A stretch of 64,000 nucleotides of DNA from Bacilli bacterium (GCA_050948885.1 JBMNER010000002.1:107344-171343), one strand, 5' to 3'. Counted from the first letter of the stretch, positions 9,681-21,344 are shown. Program-made: numbers and translations. The notes: a model not told the origin generated them from the sequence alone.

Positions 9681-9861
9681 AGTTTATAATCCCTTCAATA
9701 TAAGTTTTTTTTAAAATATTATTAAAATATAAATTAATTAAATAAATATTTATGATGTTTCTTTTGATAATAAGATTTGAAAAGTTATCAATAATTATAA
9801 TAATGGTTGTTTTTTTATTTTACGAATGATAATATATATATTATAGGAGGATATATTTAAT

Positions 9862-10581
9862 ATGGAAAAAATTATTGATTTTTTTGAAAATGTATATGCT
9901 GAAAACGACTATATTTGGATTATTGGTGCTGTTGTTTTAGTATTAATCATCGCGTTAATTGGTTTTTTTGCTGATAAGAGCAGTAAAAAGAAAAAGAAAA
10001 ATGTTGAGGCTGATGAGAGCCAAGTACAAGCAATAGTTAATGAAGAAGTCTCATTAAAACAAGAAGTTACTAACGAAGGTACTGATTCATTAAATACTAA
10101 TCCGCCAATTCCGGAGGATAATAATCGCCCTAATTCTGAATTATATAATCTTGGTGAAGCGATTACTACTCCCCCATCATCATTAAATGGAGAAAATAAT
10201 ATTAATCAGGAAATGGAAACAACCGAACCAGCTAACTTAGATTTTAATGTCCCCTCATCACCAGAAGGAGAAGTAAAGTTAGACGAACCAGGGCTATCAT
10301 CAGTTAATGATAATCCCCTAGATTTTAGTGTCCCATTTAAGGCGGAAGAAACAAAACCCATGATGGAACCGGTGGAAACACCAACCGCCACCGAACCAAT
10401 CAATTTAGATCTTAATCAACCTTCAACTCCTGAAGCTGGTATAACAGAGTTTAAAGAGGAAACTGTTCCTGGGGTTGAACAACCAACCTATATTAATCCA
10501 GATGAACCAATAACCCCAACTTACCCAGCCGAACGGGTAGATGATGAAGTTGAAATATTAGGAGAAGATGACGATAAGTAA
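9862..10581 (+). CDS. Membrane-anchored, highly acidic Pro/Glu-rich low-complexity protein
   Basis: N-terminal TM (IWIIGAVVLVLIIALIGFFA), a KKKKK stretch, then a disordered acidic region with three (N/P)LDF(N/S)VP-like repeats. Confidence 0.6.
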   Translation: MEKIIDFFENVYAENDYIWIIGAVVLVLIIALIGFFADKSSKKKKKNVEADESQVQAIVNEEVSLKQEVTNEGTDSLNTNPPIPEDNNRPNSELYNLGEAITTPPSSLNGENNINQEMETTEPANLDFNVPSSPEGEVKLDEPGLSSVNDNPLDFSVPFKAEETKPMMEPVETPTATEPINLDLNQPSTPEAGITEFKEETVPGVEQPTYINPDEPITPTYPAERVDDEVEILGEDDDK

Positions 10582-10651
10582 ACCACAGAAAAAGTTTTTA
10601 TTAAAATTCTCGGGTTAATCTTGAATCATAAAATTTAATTTGATATACTTA

Positions 10652-10696
10652 AAAAGAGCCAAAGAGTTCTCGCCAAGTGGGAGCTCTTTTCTTTAT
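10652..10696 (+). terminator. Rho-independent terminator after the acidic-protein gene (possibly a pyrG leader attenuator)
   Basis: aaaagagc...gctctttt outer stem with inner stem aagagttctc/gggagctctt, followed by ttctttat. Located 25 nt upstream of the pyrG start. Confidence 0.45.
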
Positions 10697-10720
10697 ATCG
10701 GTAGTAGGAGGTAAGGTATT

Positions 10721-12328
10721 ATGACTAAATATATTTTTGTTACTGGCGGAGTAGTGTCTGGGTTAGGGAAAGGAATTACGGCCGCCTCATTAGGAGCTCT
10801 ATTTAAGGCCCGCGGTTTGAAGGTATTTGTTCAAAAATTTGATCCCTATCTTAACGTTGATCCAGGCACCATGAGTCCTTATCAACACGGTGAGGTGTTT
10901 GTTACTGATGATGGTACCGAAACCGATTTAGATTTAGGCCATTATGAACGCTTTATTGATGAGAGTTTAAATCGTTTATCGTCTGTAACAACTGGTATTA
11001 TTTATTCTAAAGTTTTAGCCGATGAGCGGAAGGGTGTTTTTTTAGGTCAAACGGTTCAAGTGGTTCCACATATTACTGATGAAATAAAGAGAATGGTTTA
11101 TACGGCAAGTCAAGAAGTCAACCCAGATATTCAAATTATTGAAATTGGCGGTACTGTTGGTGATATTGAATTGTTACCATACATTGAAGCGATTAGACAA
11201 GTTAAACTAGAAAAAGGAAATAATAGTGTTTTATTTATTCATACTACCATACTACCATACTTGAAAACATCTAATGAACTAAAAACTAAACCAACGCAAC
11301 ATAGTGTTAAAATGTTGATGGGGGAAGGTATAACCCCTGATTTTCTTGTTTTAAGAGCCGACATGTCTATTCCTGAAGATTTAAAGTGTAAGATATCAAA
11401 ACTATGCGCTATTCAGAAAGAAAAAATTATTTCGTTACCTGATTTAGATAACATCTATGAAGTCCCTTTGGTTTTATACCAGCAAAAAATGGATACATTA
11501 ATTTGTAAAATATTTAAATTAGATAGAAAAATTGATATTAGAAGATGGCAAACTCTAATTGATAAATCCCATCATATTGAACATGAAATTACGGTGGCAA
11601 TAGTTGGGAAATATGTTGCCTTAGAAGACGCCTACTTATCTATTAAAGAATCATTACGTCACGCTGGTTTTAATTTAAAAACGAAAGTAAATATTGATTG
11701 GGTTAATTCTGAAGAACTTCATGAAACTAATTATAAGAAGCGGTTAAAGCATGCTGATGGGATCTTAGTCCCCGGCGGTTCTGGGATTACGGGTATTAAT
11801 GGTAAAATATTAGCCATTAAGTATGCCCGCGAAAAAAACGTTCCTTTTTTAGGTATTTGCCTTGGTATGCAGTTAGCGATTGTTGAATTTGCCCGGAATG
11901 TATTAAAAATAAAAGATGCGGACTCAACGGAATTTAATCCGCATACTGATAATCCGATTATTGATTATTTACCTAGCCAATATAAAAAGATTGAAATAGG
12001 AAAAACAATGAGATTAGGTGTGTATCAATGTAATTTAAAACCAAAAACGAAGGTGGCTAAAATATATGGTGTAAAAAGCATTATGGAAAGGCATCGTCAT
12101 CGTTATGAATTTAACAACCAATATCTAGACGCCTTTGCTGAAAAAGGAATGGTGTTTTCTGGCGTCAATCCGGCGACTAATTTAGTTGAGATTATTGAAT
12201 TAACGGATCATCCCCACTTCATCGCTACGCAATTTAGACCGGAGTTTAAAAGTCGCCCGATTCAGCCACATCCATTATTTGTCTCATTAGTAACAGCTAT
12301 CCTAACTAATAAAGCAAGTAAAAAATAG
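10721..12328 (+). CDS. pyrG: CTP synthase
   Basis: 535 aa. N-terminal synthetase motifs (FVTGGVVSGLGKG) and C-terminal glutamine amidotransferase motifs (GICLGMQ, HRHRYE). Confidence 0.95.
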   Translation: MTKYIFVTGGVVSGLGKGITAASLGALFKARGLKVFVQKFDPYLNVDPGTMSPYQHGEVFVTDDGTETDLDLGHYERFIDESLNRLSSVTTGIIYSKVLADERKGVFLGQTVQVVPHITDEIKRMVYTASQEVNPDIQIIEIGGTVGDIELLPYIEAIRQVKLEKGNNSVLFIHTTILPYLKTSNELKTKPTQHSVKMLMGEGITPDFLVLRADMSIPEDLKCKISKLCAIQKEKIISLPDLDNIYEVPLVLYQQKMDTLICKIFKLDRKIDIRRWQTLIDKSHHIEHEITVAIVGKYVALEDAYLSIKESLRHAGFNLKTKVNIDWVNSEELHETNYKKRLKHADGILVPGGSGITGINGKILAIKYAREKNVPFLGICLGMQLAIVEFARNVLKIKDADSTEFNPHTDNPIIDYLPSQYKKIEIGKTMRLGVYQCNLKPKTKVAKIYGVKSIMERHRHRYEFNNQYLDAFAEKGMVFSGVNPATNLVEIIELTDHPHFIATQFRPEFKSRPIQPHPLFVSLVTAILTNKASKK

Positions 12329-12345
12329 CGCGGGGAGATTTTGTT

Positions 12346-13062
12346 ATGATTAAAAAAATGAAAATAATATTATTAATAATGTTGGGGTTCCTAGTCGTTG
12401 GCTGTCAAACCGACTATACTTTAACTATTAATCAGTTTCTTGAAGTAGAAGAAATAATTACAACTTCAGTTCAAAATGAAACCATTATATCCAAAGGCCA
12501 AACGAAAGAGGAATTTTTAACGGAACTAATTAGTAACATTAAAAATAAGCCTGATGCTTTGGATTATGAAATTGACCCTTTTTATCATGACGATGAATCA
12601 GGTCTAAATATAAAAAGGCTATATTTAACCACTAATAACTATCAAGAAAACTCCCCTTTAAAAGGCCATCTCTTTTCTGAGTTTAATATTATTCAAGCGG
12701 AAAATAATATCAATATAGCAGCTAAGGCGCAACAACCAACTGTATTGTTAGCGGATAATATTACGATAGGAAAAATAAATATTAAAACCGACTATATAAT
12801 ACATAGTCATAATGCTGATTACGTTGATAACGAAAAAAATATATATACTTGGTTTTTAGATGAAAAAGAAAATGAAAAATTAATAGAGATAACCATCTCG
12901 ACTACCCAAAAATACAAACCAAACTTTTTTAATATTCCTAAATTAGATGAGTTAATTCCAAATATCAACAGCGGAGTTCTAACGATTATAATTATTATTG
13001 TTGGCTTAGGCGTAATAATAATGTGGCTAATAGGAGAACATCAAAAAAATAATCAAATATAA
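12346..13062 (+). CDS. Lipoprotein (lipobox VVGC) with an additional C-terminal TM segment; hypothetical
   Basis: Signal peptide MIKKMKIILLIMLGFLVVGCQ and a C-terminal hydrophobic helix. Confidence 0.55.
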   Translation: MIKKMKIILLIMLGFLVVGCQTDYTLTINQFLEVEEIITTSVQNETIISKGQTKEEFLTELISNIKNKPDALDYEIDPFYHDDESGLNIKRLYLTTNNYQENSPLKGHLFSEFNIIQAENNINIAAKAQQPTVLLADNITIGKINIKTDYIIHSHNADYVDNEKNIYTWFLDEKENEKLIEITISTTQKYKPNFFNIPKLDELIPNINSGVLTIIIIIVGLGVIIMWLIGEHQKNNQI

Positions 13063-13130
13063 TAAATCATGATAATAATTGCCATGCCTTTTTAAAACAT
13101 GGTATAATTACAATCAGATGGAGTGATTAA

Positions 13131-13964
13131 ATGACAATCGATAGCTTTTGGATAATGGTTAAAAAGATTATTGATATCTCGTTAGTATGGCTCATTTTTT
13201 ATTATATTTTAAAAAGTGTTCGTAACAATGTTCGGATGACCCTGTTGATAAAGGGGATTATTTTTGTTGTTGTAATAAAACTAATCAGTAATTGGTTAAA
13301 CTTTGTTACGGTTGGTTTACTGTTGGAATATATCATTATGTGGGGACCACTAGCGCTTATTATTATCTTCCAACCAGAAATTAGAAATGTTTTAGAGCAA
13401 TTAGGGCGTAGTCAGTTACTAGGAAGACATAAAGTTTTAACCGTTGATGAGCGTGAACGCTTAGTTTATGAAATTGTTCAAGCAATCGATTACTTAAGAA
13501 AAACCCGTATCGGTGCTTTAATCATTTTAGAGCGAGATGTTAGTCTCCATGAATATATTGAAAAATCAAAAAAATTATACGCTGATATATCCAGCGAATT
13601 ATTAATTTCTATTTTTTTCCCGCGGAATCCTCTCCATGACGGGGCTGTTATAATCCAAGGGGATCAGATTACTAGTGCTGGCGCTATATTACCAACCAGT
13701 AGTGATATAAAACTTAGTAAAAGATTAGGAACTAGACATAGAGCAGCGCTTGGTATTTGTGAAGAAACTGATGCCATAGCTATTGTCGTTTCCGAAGAAA
13801 CGGGTCGTTTATCAATTGCTATAAAGGGCGAATTAAATTATAACTTATCATTAGAAGATGTTCGAATGATTCTAATTGATGAATTAAGACCAAAACAAGA
13901 AGATATATTTACCGAGATAGAAGAGGGAGAACAGGATTATGAAGAAAATAATAAAACTAATTAG
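13131..13964 (+). CDS. cdaA: Diadenylate cyclase CdaA (c-di-AMP synthase, DisA_N domain)
   Basis: N-terminal TM segments, then conserved motifs DGAVII, GTRHRAALG and ETGRLS. Followed by cdaR as in Firmicutes. Confidence 0.9.
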   Translation: MTIDSFWIMVKKIIDISLVWLIFYYILKSVRNNVRMTLLIKGIIFVVVIKLISNWLNFVTVGLLLEYIIMWGPLALIIIFQPEIRNVLEQLGRSQLLGRHKVLTVDERERLVYEIVQAIDYLRKTRIGALIILERDVSLHEYIEKSKKLYADISSELLISIFFPRNPLHDGAVIIQGDQITSAGAILPTSSDIKLSKRLGTRHRAALGICEETDAIAIVVSEETGRLSIAIKGELNYNLSLEDVRMILIDELRPKQEDIFTEIEEGEQDYEENNKTN

Positions 13965-15306
13965 TTCTTTGTTAGCCAATATAGTCACTAAAATAGGTTT
14001 GTTTATTGACCAACAGATAATTATCCCTATTACTAAAGCGGTGATGTTAATAACAACGCTCTTAAAAGATAATAAAAAAAGAACGGAGCGACTTTTAACC
14101 CAGAAACATTCTTTAATTCTCATATCGTTGGCCTTGGCCTTAATCATGTTTTTAATTGTTGATAATAAGGCTAATTTATTTATTGAAAGTTCAGCGGAAG
14201 TTTTATATAATCAACCTGTTAAAGCCGTTTATAATGAGGAAGCTTTTGTTGTTGAAGGGATTCCTGATGTTGTGGATATTACCTTAATCGGTCGAAGAGC
14301 CGATCTATACTTAGCTAAACAATTACCTATTCAAGAGGTTAATATTGATTTATCTGGTTTAAAACCAGGAACACATCGCGTTCCTATTCGCTACAGTCAC
14401 CCTCTAACCTCTATTGATTATAAATTAGATCCCTCTTTTACTACCATTGTTATATATCCTAAAGTATCAGTCGTAAGGGGTGTCGGGATTGATTTACTTC
14501 ATGAAGAGAAACTAGATCCAAAGTTAATCATAGAACAAAGTGAAATAGATAAGACGGAAGTCATCATTAAAGGGGCTCAACATACTATTGATAAAGTAGC
14601 GGTTATTAAGGCTATGATTGATATTGAAAATATATCTAAACCAGTTGTCGGGACCCTAACACTAGAAGATATTGCCCTTATAGCCTATGACCAAAAAGGA
14701 AATCAGGTTGATGTTGAGATTGTCCCAGCGAAGGTAAAAGCCACTATTGAAATAACCTCACCTAATAAACAAGTCCCAATTAAAATAATTCCCGTGGGAG
14801 AGGTTAGTTTTGGTAAAGCGATTGAATCAATGAGCGCTGACAAAACTGATGTTATTGTTTATGCCGATCAAAAAACATTAACAGAGATAAACTATATCAC
14901 CGTCGAAATAGATGTTGATAAGTTAAGTGCCGCTAAAGAGTTTAATGTTACTCTCAAAAAACCAAGTGGTGCGAAGCATATTTCAGTTGCCAATGTAACC
15001 GTTAGTGTTACCTTAGGTGAAGAAGTTAATCAAGAAATACCTAATATTAAAATCGAACACCGTAGTTTAGCGGATAATTTAAGCGTTCAAGCTTTATCGG
15101 CCGCTGATACAGAAATATCAGTTGTTGTTAAAGGCACCAAGCATGTTCTGGCCGAACTTGACCATAAAGCAATATATGCTTATGTTGATTTAAGCGGTTA
15201 TGGTGTGGGCCAACACGAAGTTGAGGTGGCTGTGTATGGCGATGATTTAAGAGCTACCTATACACCTAAGACGAAGAAGGTTAAAGTTAGAATTATTAAA
15301 CAATAA
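13939..15306 (+). CDS. cdaR: CdaA regulatory protein CdaR (YbbR-like repeats)
   Basis: 455 aa. N-terminal TM then repeated YbbR-like beta-rich segments. Overlaps the cdaA 3' end. Confidence 0.75.
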   Translation: MKKIIKLISSLLANIVTKIGLFIDQQIIIPITKAVMLITTLLKDNKKRTERLLTQKHSLILISLALALIMFLIVDNKANLFIESSAEVLYNQPVKAVYNEEAFVVEGIPDVVDITLIGRRADLYLAKQLPIQEVNIDLSGLKPGTHRVPIRYSHPLTSIDYKLDPSFTTIVIYPKVSVVRGVGIDLLHEEKLDPKLIIEQSEIDKTEVIIKGAQHTIDKVAVIKAMIDIENISKPVVGTLTLEDIALIAYDQKGNQVDVEIVPAKVKATIEITSPNKQVPIKIIPVGEVSFGKAIESMSADKTDVIVYADQKTLTEINYITVEIDVDKLSAAKEFNVTLKKPSGAKHISVANVTVSVTLGEEVNQEIPNIKIEHRSLADNLSVQALSAADTEISVVVKGTKHVLAELDHKAIYAYVDLSGYGVGQHEVEVAVYGDDLRATYTPKTKKVKVRIIKQ

Positions 15307-15313
15307 TAGAAGC

Positions 15314-15349
15314 AAAAAGGGATTCCGGTAACGGAATCTTTTTTATTTT
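15314..15349. terminator. Bidirectional rho-independent terminator between convergent cdaR and the DUF378 gene
   Basis: aaaaagg gattccg gtaa cggaatc ttttttatttt. Confidence 0.6.
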
Positions 15350-15368
15350 ATATAAAAATTTAGTTTTA

Positions 15369-15575
15369 TTATTTTCTTGTTGGTTCCTCCGCAAATAACA
15401 ACCCAATATTAATTAAACCGGCAAGCCCAATTAAAGCATATACAATTCTAGCTAAGGCGGTATTCATGCCACCAAACAATGATGCGACTAAGTCAAATTC
15501 AAAAACACCAATAAGACCCCAATTTAAAGCGCCAATAATAGTTAATATTAAAGCTGTTTTTTGTAATGTCTCCAT
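15369..15575 (-). CDS. Small membrane protein, DUF378-like (68 aa)
   Basis: Two TM helices (ALILTIIGALNWGLIGVFEF ... ARIVYALIGLAGLINIGLLF). Start set at METLQ, which has an AAGGAAGG RBS. Confidence 0.55.
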   Translation of the reverse strand: METLQKTALILTIIGALNWGLIGVFEFDLVASLFGGMNTALARIVYALIGLAGLINIGLLFAEEPTRK

Positions 15576-15686
15576 CTTATCCTTCCTTTCAATATTTATC
15601 ATAAACATTTTTTTTCGTTTTATTCATGAATAATCAAAAAACAATATCCATATAATTTATAGAAAGCAAACAGGTGAGGTGAATAT

Positions 15687-16685
15687 ATGAAGAAAATATT
15701 ATTATGGAGTTTTATATTGACGGTCTTTTTTCTGGCTGGTTGTGGAAAATATAATGATAAGGATATTATTAGGGATTTAACTAAGCAATTAGATAGTACT
15801 AAGGGTTATTATTTAGAAGGAGAAATGGAGATAACCAATAATGATGATGTTTTTAACTATGATGTTAGCGTTTCCTTTGAAAAGAAAAATTTTTACCGAG
15901 TAAACTTAAAAAACAAAGCTAATAATCATGAACAAATAATCCTTAAAAATAATGAGGGGGTATATGTTTTAACGCCCTCATTAAATAAAAGTTTTAAATT
16001 TCAAAGCGAATGGCCATATAATAATTCCCAAGTCTATTTAATACAGTCATTAATAAAAGATTTAAAAGATGATAACAACAGAACTTTTGAGGAAAAGGAT
16101 AATTATTATATTTTTAAGACTAAAGTTAACTATCCAAATAATCGACGCCTAGTAAAACAAATTATTTATTTAGATAAGAAATTAAATTTTAAAGAAGTTC
16201 ATGTTTTAGACGACCATGATAATCCCCAAATAAAGATGAAATTTAGTTCGGTTGATATGAAAGCTACTTTTGATAATAATTATTTTTCCCTAAGTGAAAA
16301 TATGAAGGTTGGTTTAGAACAAGAAAAAGTAGCTGATGTAACAGCCTTAAAGGAGATAATATATCCATTATATATACCAGATAAAACTTACTTATCAGGC
16401 AAGGATAAAATTGCTAAAACGAACGGGGAACGCTTTATCCTAACTTTTGAAGGTGATTATCCCTTTATGCTAATTGAAGAGACCGCTCATTATGAAACAG
16501 ATGGTTTGATAGTCCCAGTTTATGGGGACCCTGAATTATTAGTTGATACAGTAGGGTCAATCTCCGATTCTTCTATTAACTGGATTAGTAACGGGATTGA
16601 ATACTATATTGTCTCTTCCGTTTTAGATAAAAACGAATTATTAACCATCGCCAAATCAATCGGGGTCTTGCCAGTAGCTAAATAG
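15687..16685 (+). CDS. Lipoprotein (lipobox LAGC), possibly LolA-fold; hypothetical
   Basis: Signal peptide MKKILLWSFILTVFFLAGCGK. Otherwise a soluble 330 aa protein. Confidence 0.55.
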   Translation: MKKILLWSFILTVFFLAGCGKYNDKDIIRDLTKQLDSTKGYYLEGEMEITNNDDVFNYDVSVSFEKKNFYRVNLKNKANNHEQIILKNNEGVYVLTPSLNKSFKFQSEWPYNNSQVYLIQSLIKDLKDDNNRTFEEKDNYYIFKTKVNYPNNRRLVKQIIYLDKKLNFKEVHVLDDHDNPQIKMKFSSVDMKATFDNNYFSLSENMKVGLEQEKVADVTALKEIIYPLYIPDKTYLSGKDKIAKTNGERFILTFEGDYPFMLIEETAHYETDGLIVPVYGDPELLVDTVGSISDSSINWISNGIEYYIVSSVLDKNELLTIAKSIGVLPVAK

Positions 16686-16705
16686 ATATCCGTGTTAAAT
16701 TAATA

Positions 16706-16740
16706 AAAGATTAGTAATCAAATTACTAATCTTTTCTTTT
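16706..16740 (+). terminator. Rho-independent terminator
   Basis: aaagattagtaat caa attactaatcttt tctttt: 13-bp stem plus T-run. Confidence 0.6.
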
Positions 16741-16891
16741 ATTAAAACTGAAAGTATAATCACTATTATCGAGCTAGTTAAAAGATTGATATTGTAAAGA
16801 TTTTAAACTTTCCCCTACCCCGAAACACAATTTACACAATCTTCAATACAATTTTATCTATTTTTTTTATTGTATGTTATAATAAATAAAG

Positions 16892-17407
16892 GTGATAAGA
16901 GTGAAAAGAAAGCCCGATATAAAAAACAATATAGAAGTAACATCAACCATTAAAACATTAGCTTTTATCCTAATCTTTTTTATCTTAATGTATTTAATTA
17001 CGGCGCTGATAACTGGGGAAATAAAGTTAAATAAAAAAGATAAAACAGGAAATGATAATACTGCTATTCAATATCAAGAAATATTAGCCGGCGAAATATT
17101 TAATAAATTAGAGCCGCAATATTATGTTATCATTTATGATTTTAATAACCACGATTCTAGTATTATTAAATCATTGATTGATCAATATTTTGCCAATGAA
17201 ACGGCAACTCTAACAAAATTATATGAAGTTAATTTAGGAAACCACTTTAACAAAACTATTAAGAGTGATGTTAGCAAGATTAATACTAGCAATATAAAAG
17301 AATTGCAAGTTAAAGATGTCACTTTAATCAAAGTGAAAGATGGTCAAAATATTTTAGCGGTTGAAGGAGTGACGGCTATCAGTAAAACATTACTCGGGGT
17401 TAATTAG
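16892..17407 (+). CDS. Hypothetical single-TM protein (GTG start; alternative GTG at 16901)
   Basis: ORF with an N-terminal TM (LAFILIFFILMYLITALI). No family recognised. Confidence 0.4.
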   Translation: MIRVKRKPDIKNNIEVTSTIKTLAFILIFFILMYLITALITGEIKLNKKDKTGNDNTAIQYQEILAGEIFNKLEPQYYVIIYDFNNHDSSIIKSLIDQYFANETATLTKLYEVNLGNHFNKTIKSDVSKINTSNIKELQVKDVTLIKVKDGQNILAVEGVTAISKTLLGVN

Positions 17408-17561
17408 AAAAAGTGTATAAAACTTATCTTTATTCCATATTATTAATATAGGTTTTAGCGGTCCTTTTGATTAAACAATCCTTATTAAAATGTATTAAAT
17501 TAATTTGTTTTTATAAACCGAAATGATGCTTAAACATTTATTAGGAGGTGTAGGTGAGATA

Positions 17562-18785
17562 ATGAAGACAACCAACAGTCATAAAACCGGCTTTAGATTA
17601 GTAGAAGTTATTTTCATTATGGTGGTAACAACTATTTTAGGAATTGTTATTGGTGCCAGCATTATTTTTATTGATAATAGTAAACAGGCTTTAATAAGTT
17701 GTCGTAATGATGTATTAATTGATGATAGTATTAAACAATTAGTAGATACCTACAATTTAATTATCAATAACTATTATGAAGAAGTTGATCAAGCTACTCT
17801 TATCAATAGTGCGATTAAGTCAATGTTAGATTCCTTAGAGGATCCTTATTCTCTTTTTATGGATGACGAACAAAGTATTTCTTTTGATGATCGGATGCAG
17901 GGTGATTATTCCGGCATCGGAGCGGAAATTTCCCTTAATGAAGAAGGGAAAGTTATTGTGGTTAAAATTTTTAATAACTCCCCGGCTCAGGAAGCGGGGT
18001 TAAAACCTAATGATATTATTTTTAAAGTTGATAATAAACCCACCGAAGGTTTAACAACCATGGAAGTGGCGTCATTACTTAAAGGTAAGTCAAAAACAAA
18101 AGTAACTGTTACCGTTATTAGAGATAAGCAACAAATCAATTTTGATATTATTCGCAATAAAATTGTTATTGAATCGGTTACTACGCAAACCCATACCAAG
18201 AACAACAAAAAGATTGGTTATATTAAAATTGACTTGTTTTCTGACAATACTTATAAGCAGTTTAAAGATCGCTTAATTAAATTAGAAAATCAAAAGATAA
18301 ATTCTTTAATTATCGATGTTCGGGATAATACCGGGGGCTATTTAAATAGAGTATCAGAAATGATATCATTATTTCTTGATAAAAATAAAGTTATCTACCA
18401 ATTGGCAAATCGCACCACCACCAAAAAGATATATTCATATACCGATGAAAAAAGGGATTATCCAATCATTGTTTTAATTAACAAATATAGTGCTTCGGCT
18501 TCCGAAATAATGGCGGCAGCCTTAAAGGAATCTTATGGGGCGACGATTGTGGGAGAAAAGTCGCTTGGTAAAGGCACGGTTCAACAAACGGTTCGCTTGG
18601 AAAATGGGGGCATGTTAAAATATACTATTCAGAAATGGCTTACACCAAAAGGCAATTGGATTAATGGAACTGGTATAAAACCTGATGCTGAGGTAATACA
18701 ACCGACTGATTATTATCAACAACCAACGGCTACCAATGATTTGCAATTACAAAAGGCTTTAGAAATCTTAAGTCAATTAAAATAA
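17562..18785 (+). CDS. ctpA: C-terminal processing peptidase (S41 family, PDZ domain)
   Basis: ATG at 17562 after RBS AGGAGGTG. TM anchor, PDZ (GIGAEI ... VVKIFNNSPAQEAGLKPNDII), S41 motifs (IDVRDNTGGYL, SASASEIMAAALK). Confidence 0.85.
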   Translation: MKTTNSHKTGFRLVEVIFIMVVTTILGIVIGASIIFIDNSKQALISCRNDVLIDDSIKQLVDTYNLIINNYYEEVDQATLINSAIKSMLDSLEDPYSLFMDDEQSISFDDRMQGDYSGIGAEISLNEEGKVIVVKIFNNSPAQEAGLKPNDIIFKVDNKPTEGLTTMEVASLLKGKSKTKVTVTVIRDKQQINFDIIRNKIVIESVTTQTHTKNNKKIGYIKIDLFSDNTYKQFKDRLIKLENQKINSLIIDVRDNTGGYLNRVSEMISLFLDKNKVIYQLANRTTTKKIYSYTDEKRDYPIIVLINKYSASASEIMAAALKESYGATIVGEKSLGKGTVQQTVRLENGGMLKYTIQKWLTPKGNWINGTGIKPDAEVIQPTDYYQQPTATNDLQLQKALEILSQLK

Positions 18786-18786
18786 A

Positions 18787-18810
18787 AAAAGGGGATTAAC
18801 TTCCCCTTTC
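18787..18810. terminator. Bidirectional terminator between convergent ctpA and the CotF-like genes
   Basis: aaagggga ttaact tccccttt: 8-bp stem flanked by A and T runs. Confidence 0.55.
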
Positions 18811-19119
18811 TAGCTCCTGCTTCATATTAGAATATTCATTATATTTTTGGGCTATTTTATTTTGATCAGCCTTCTCTAATGGATACCACCCCTTTTTAAA
18901 TAATAAATCAAATAAGTCTCTTTGGGTATTTTGTGTTTCAGTAAATATTTCTAATAGAGGTTGATAAAGCGCTTCATTACTCATTTCGTTTAAAGCTACC
19001 GAGTAGTTATTAGTGATGTTTTTTTCAGACATTAAAATATCATTTAAAATATCTTTGGCATTCATTTCCATAGTGCTAGGTACCTCTTCCTTTGGATTTT
19101 GTATCTGGTTGTTATTCAT
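18796..19119 (-). CDS. Spore coat protein F (CotF)-like domain protein
   Basis: 107 aa. Coat_F-like pattern (DILNDILMSEKNITNNYSVALNEMSNEALYQPLLEI ... GWYP). Confidence 0.55.
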   Translation of the reverse strand: MNNNQIQNPKEEVPSTMEMNAKDILNDILMSEKNITNNYSVALNEMSNEALYQPLLEIFTETQNTQRDLFDLLFKKGWYPLEKADQNKIAQKYNEYSNMKQELERGS

Positions 19120-19327
19120 TTTGCTCCCCCTTATTGAGTAAATTTAGAAGTATATTATAATGATTATAATGCATATCGGCTATATCATTTAATATATTAA
19201 TTACTTCTGAATCTGACGCTTCATTTGCAAAATGAAGTGCCTTTTTGGCTAGTACGAAATTCCAGCTTAGCATATCACTAATGTAAGATAGATCTTTCGT
19301 GGAAATCATACCAAGAATATTATTCAT
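19112..19327 (-). CDS. Small CotF-associated protein (71 aa); its 3' end overlaps the downstream CotF-like gene by 8 nt
   Basis: Co-oriented with the CotF-like gene and overlapping it (ATGA-type overlap). Sequence resembles the N-terminal halves of two-gene CotF pairs. Confidence 0.4.
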   Translation of the reverse strand: MNNILGMISTKDLSYISDMLSWNFVLAKKALHFANEASDSEVINILNDIADMHYNHYNILLNLLNKGEQNE

Positions 19328-19551
19328 TACTCTCCTCCTTTAAAATTGTTTCCTTTATATTATTTGTCAGGGTGGGTTAAATATTCCTTTTTGTTACTAA
19401 AATTAAGAAATATACTTAAAAACCGTAATGTTTAAATCTTTTTTACATAAAATAAGTAGGATAAAAAAGTTAATAAAAGTAAAATAAAAGGAGATAAATT
19501 AATAAAAGTTGACAAGAATTAAATATAATCAACAAAAAAAGAAAAAAGTTG

Positions 19552-19580
19552 TTGACATACAAGGGTTAATTTGCTATATT
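19552..19580 (+). promoter_or_regulatory. rRNA operon promoter (-35 ttgaca, 17 nt spacer, -10 tatatt)
   Basis: ttgacatacaagggttaatttgctatatt lies about 110 nt upstream of the 16S 5' end. Confidence 0.6.
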
Positions 19581-19620
19581 GATAACGCGTTCTTTTATTT
19601 TCCATATTAAAAGGCGCTAA

Positions 19621-19636
19621 TGATCTTTGAAAACTG
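19621..19636 (+). promoter_or_regulatory. boxA-like rrn antitermination element in the 16S leader
   Basis: tgatctTTGAAAACTg. The same core ctttgaaaactg recurs in the 16S-23S spacer at 21345-21359. Confidence 0.4.
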
Positions 19637-19689
19637 AGCAAAACGTCAATTTGAGAAGCTAGGAAAAAACAAACAAAACCAAAATTATT

Positions 19690-21257
<1,568 letters not shown>

Positions 21258-21344
21258 ATGGAGAAAGATATTATTTAATAATAATAAAAAGCTCTTAAAT
21301 TGGAGAAGTTTTGCTTAGTTTTGAGAGATTATCTCTCTAAAATA

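Noticed and set aside
19509-19529. Apparent second rRNA promoter (ttgaca ... tataat)
   Set aside because: The spacer between the hexamers is only 9 nt, incompatible with sigma-A recognition. Only the downstream ttgaca-17-tatatt promoter is credible.
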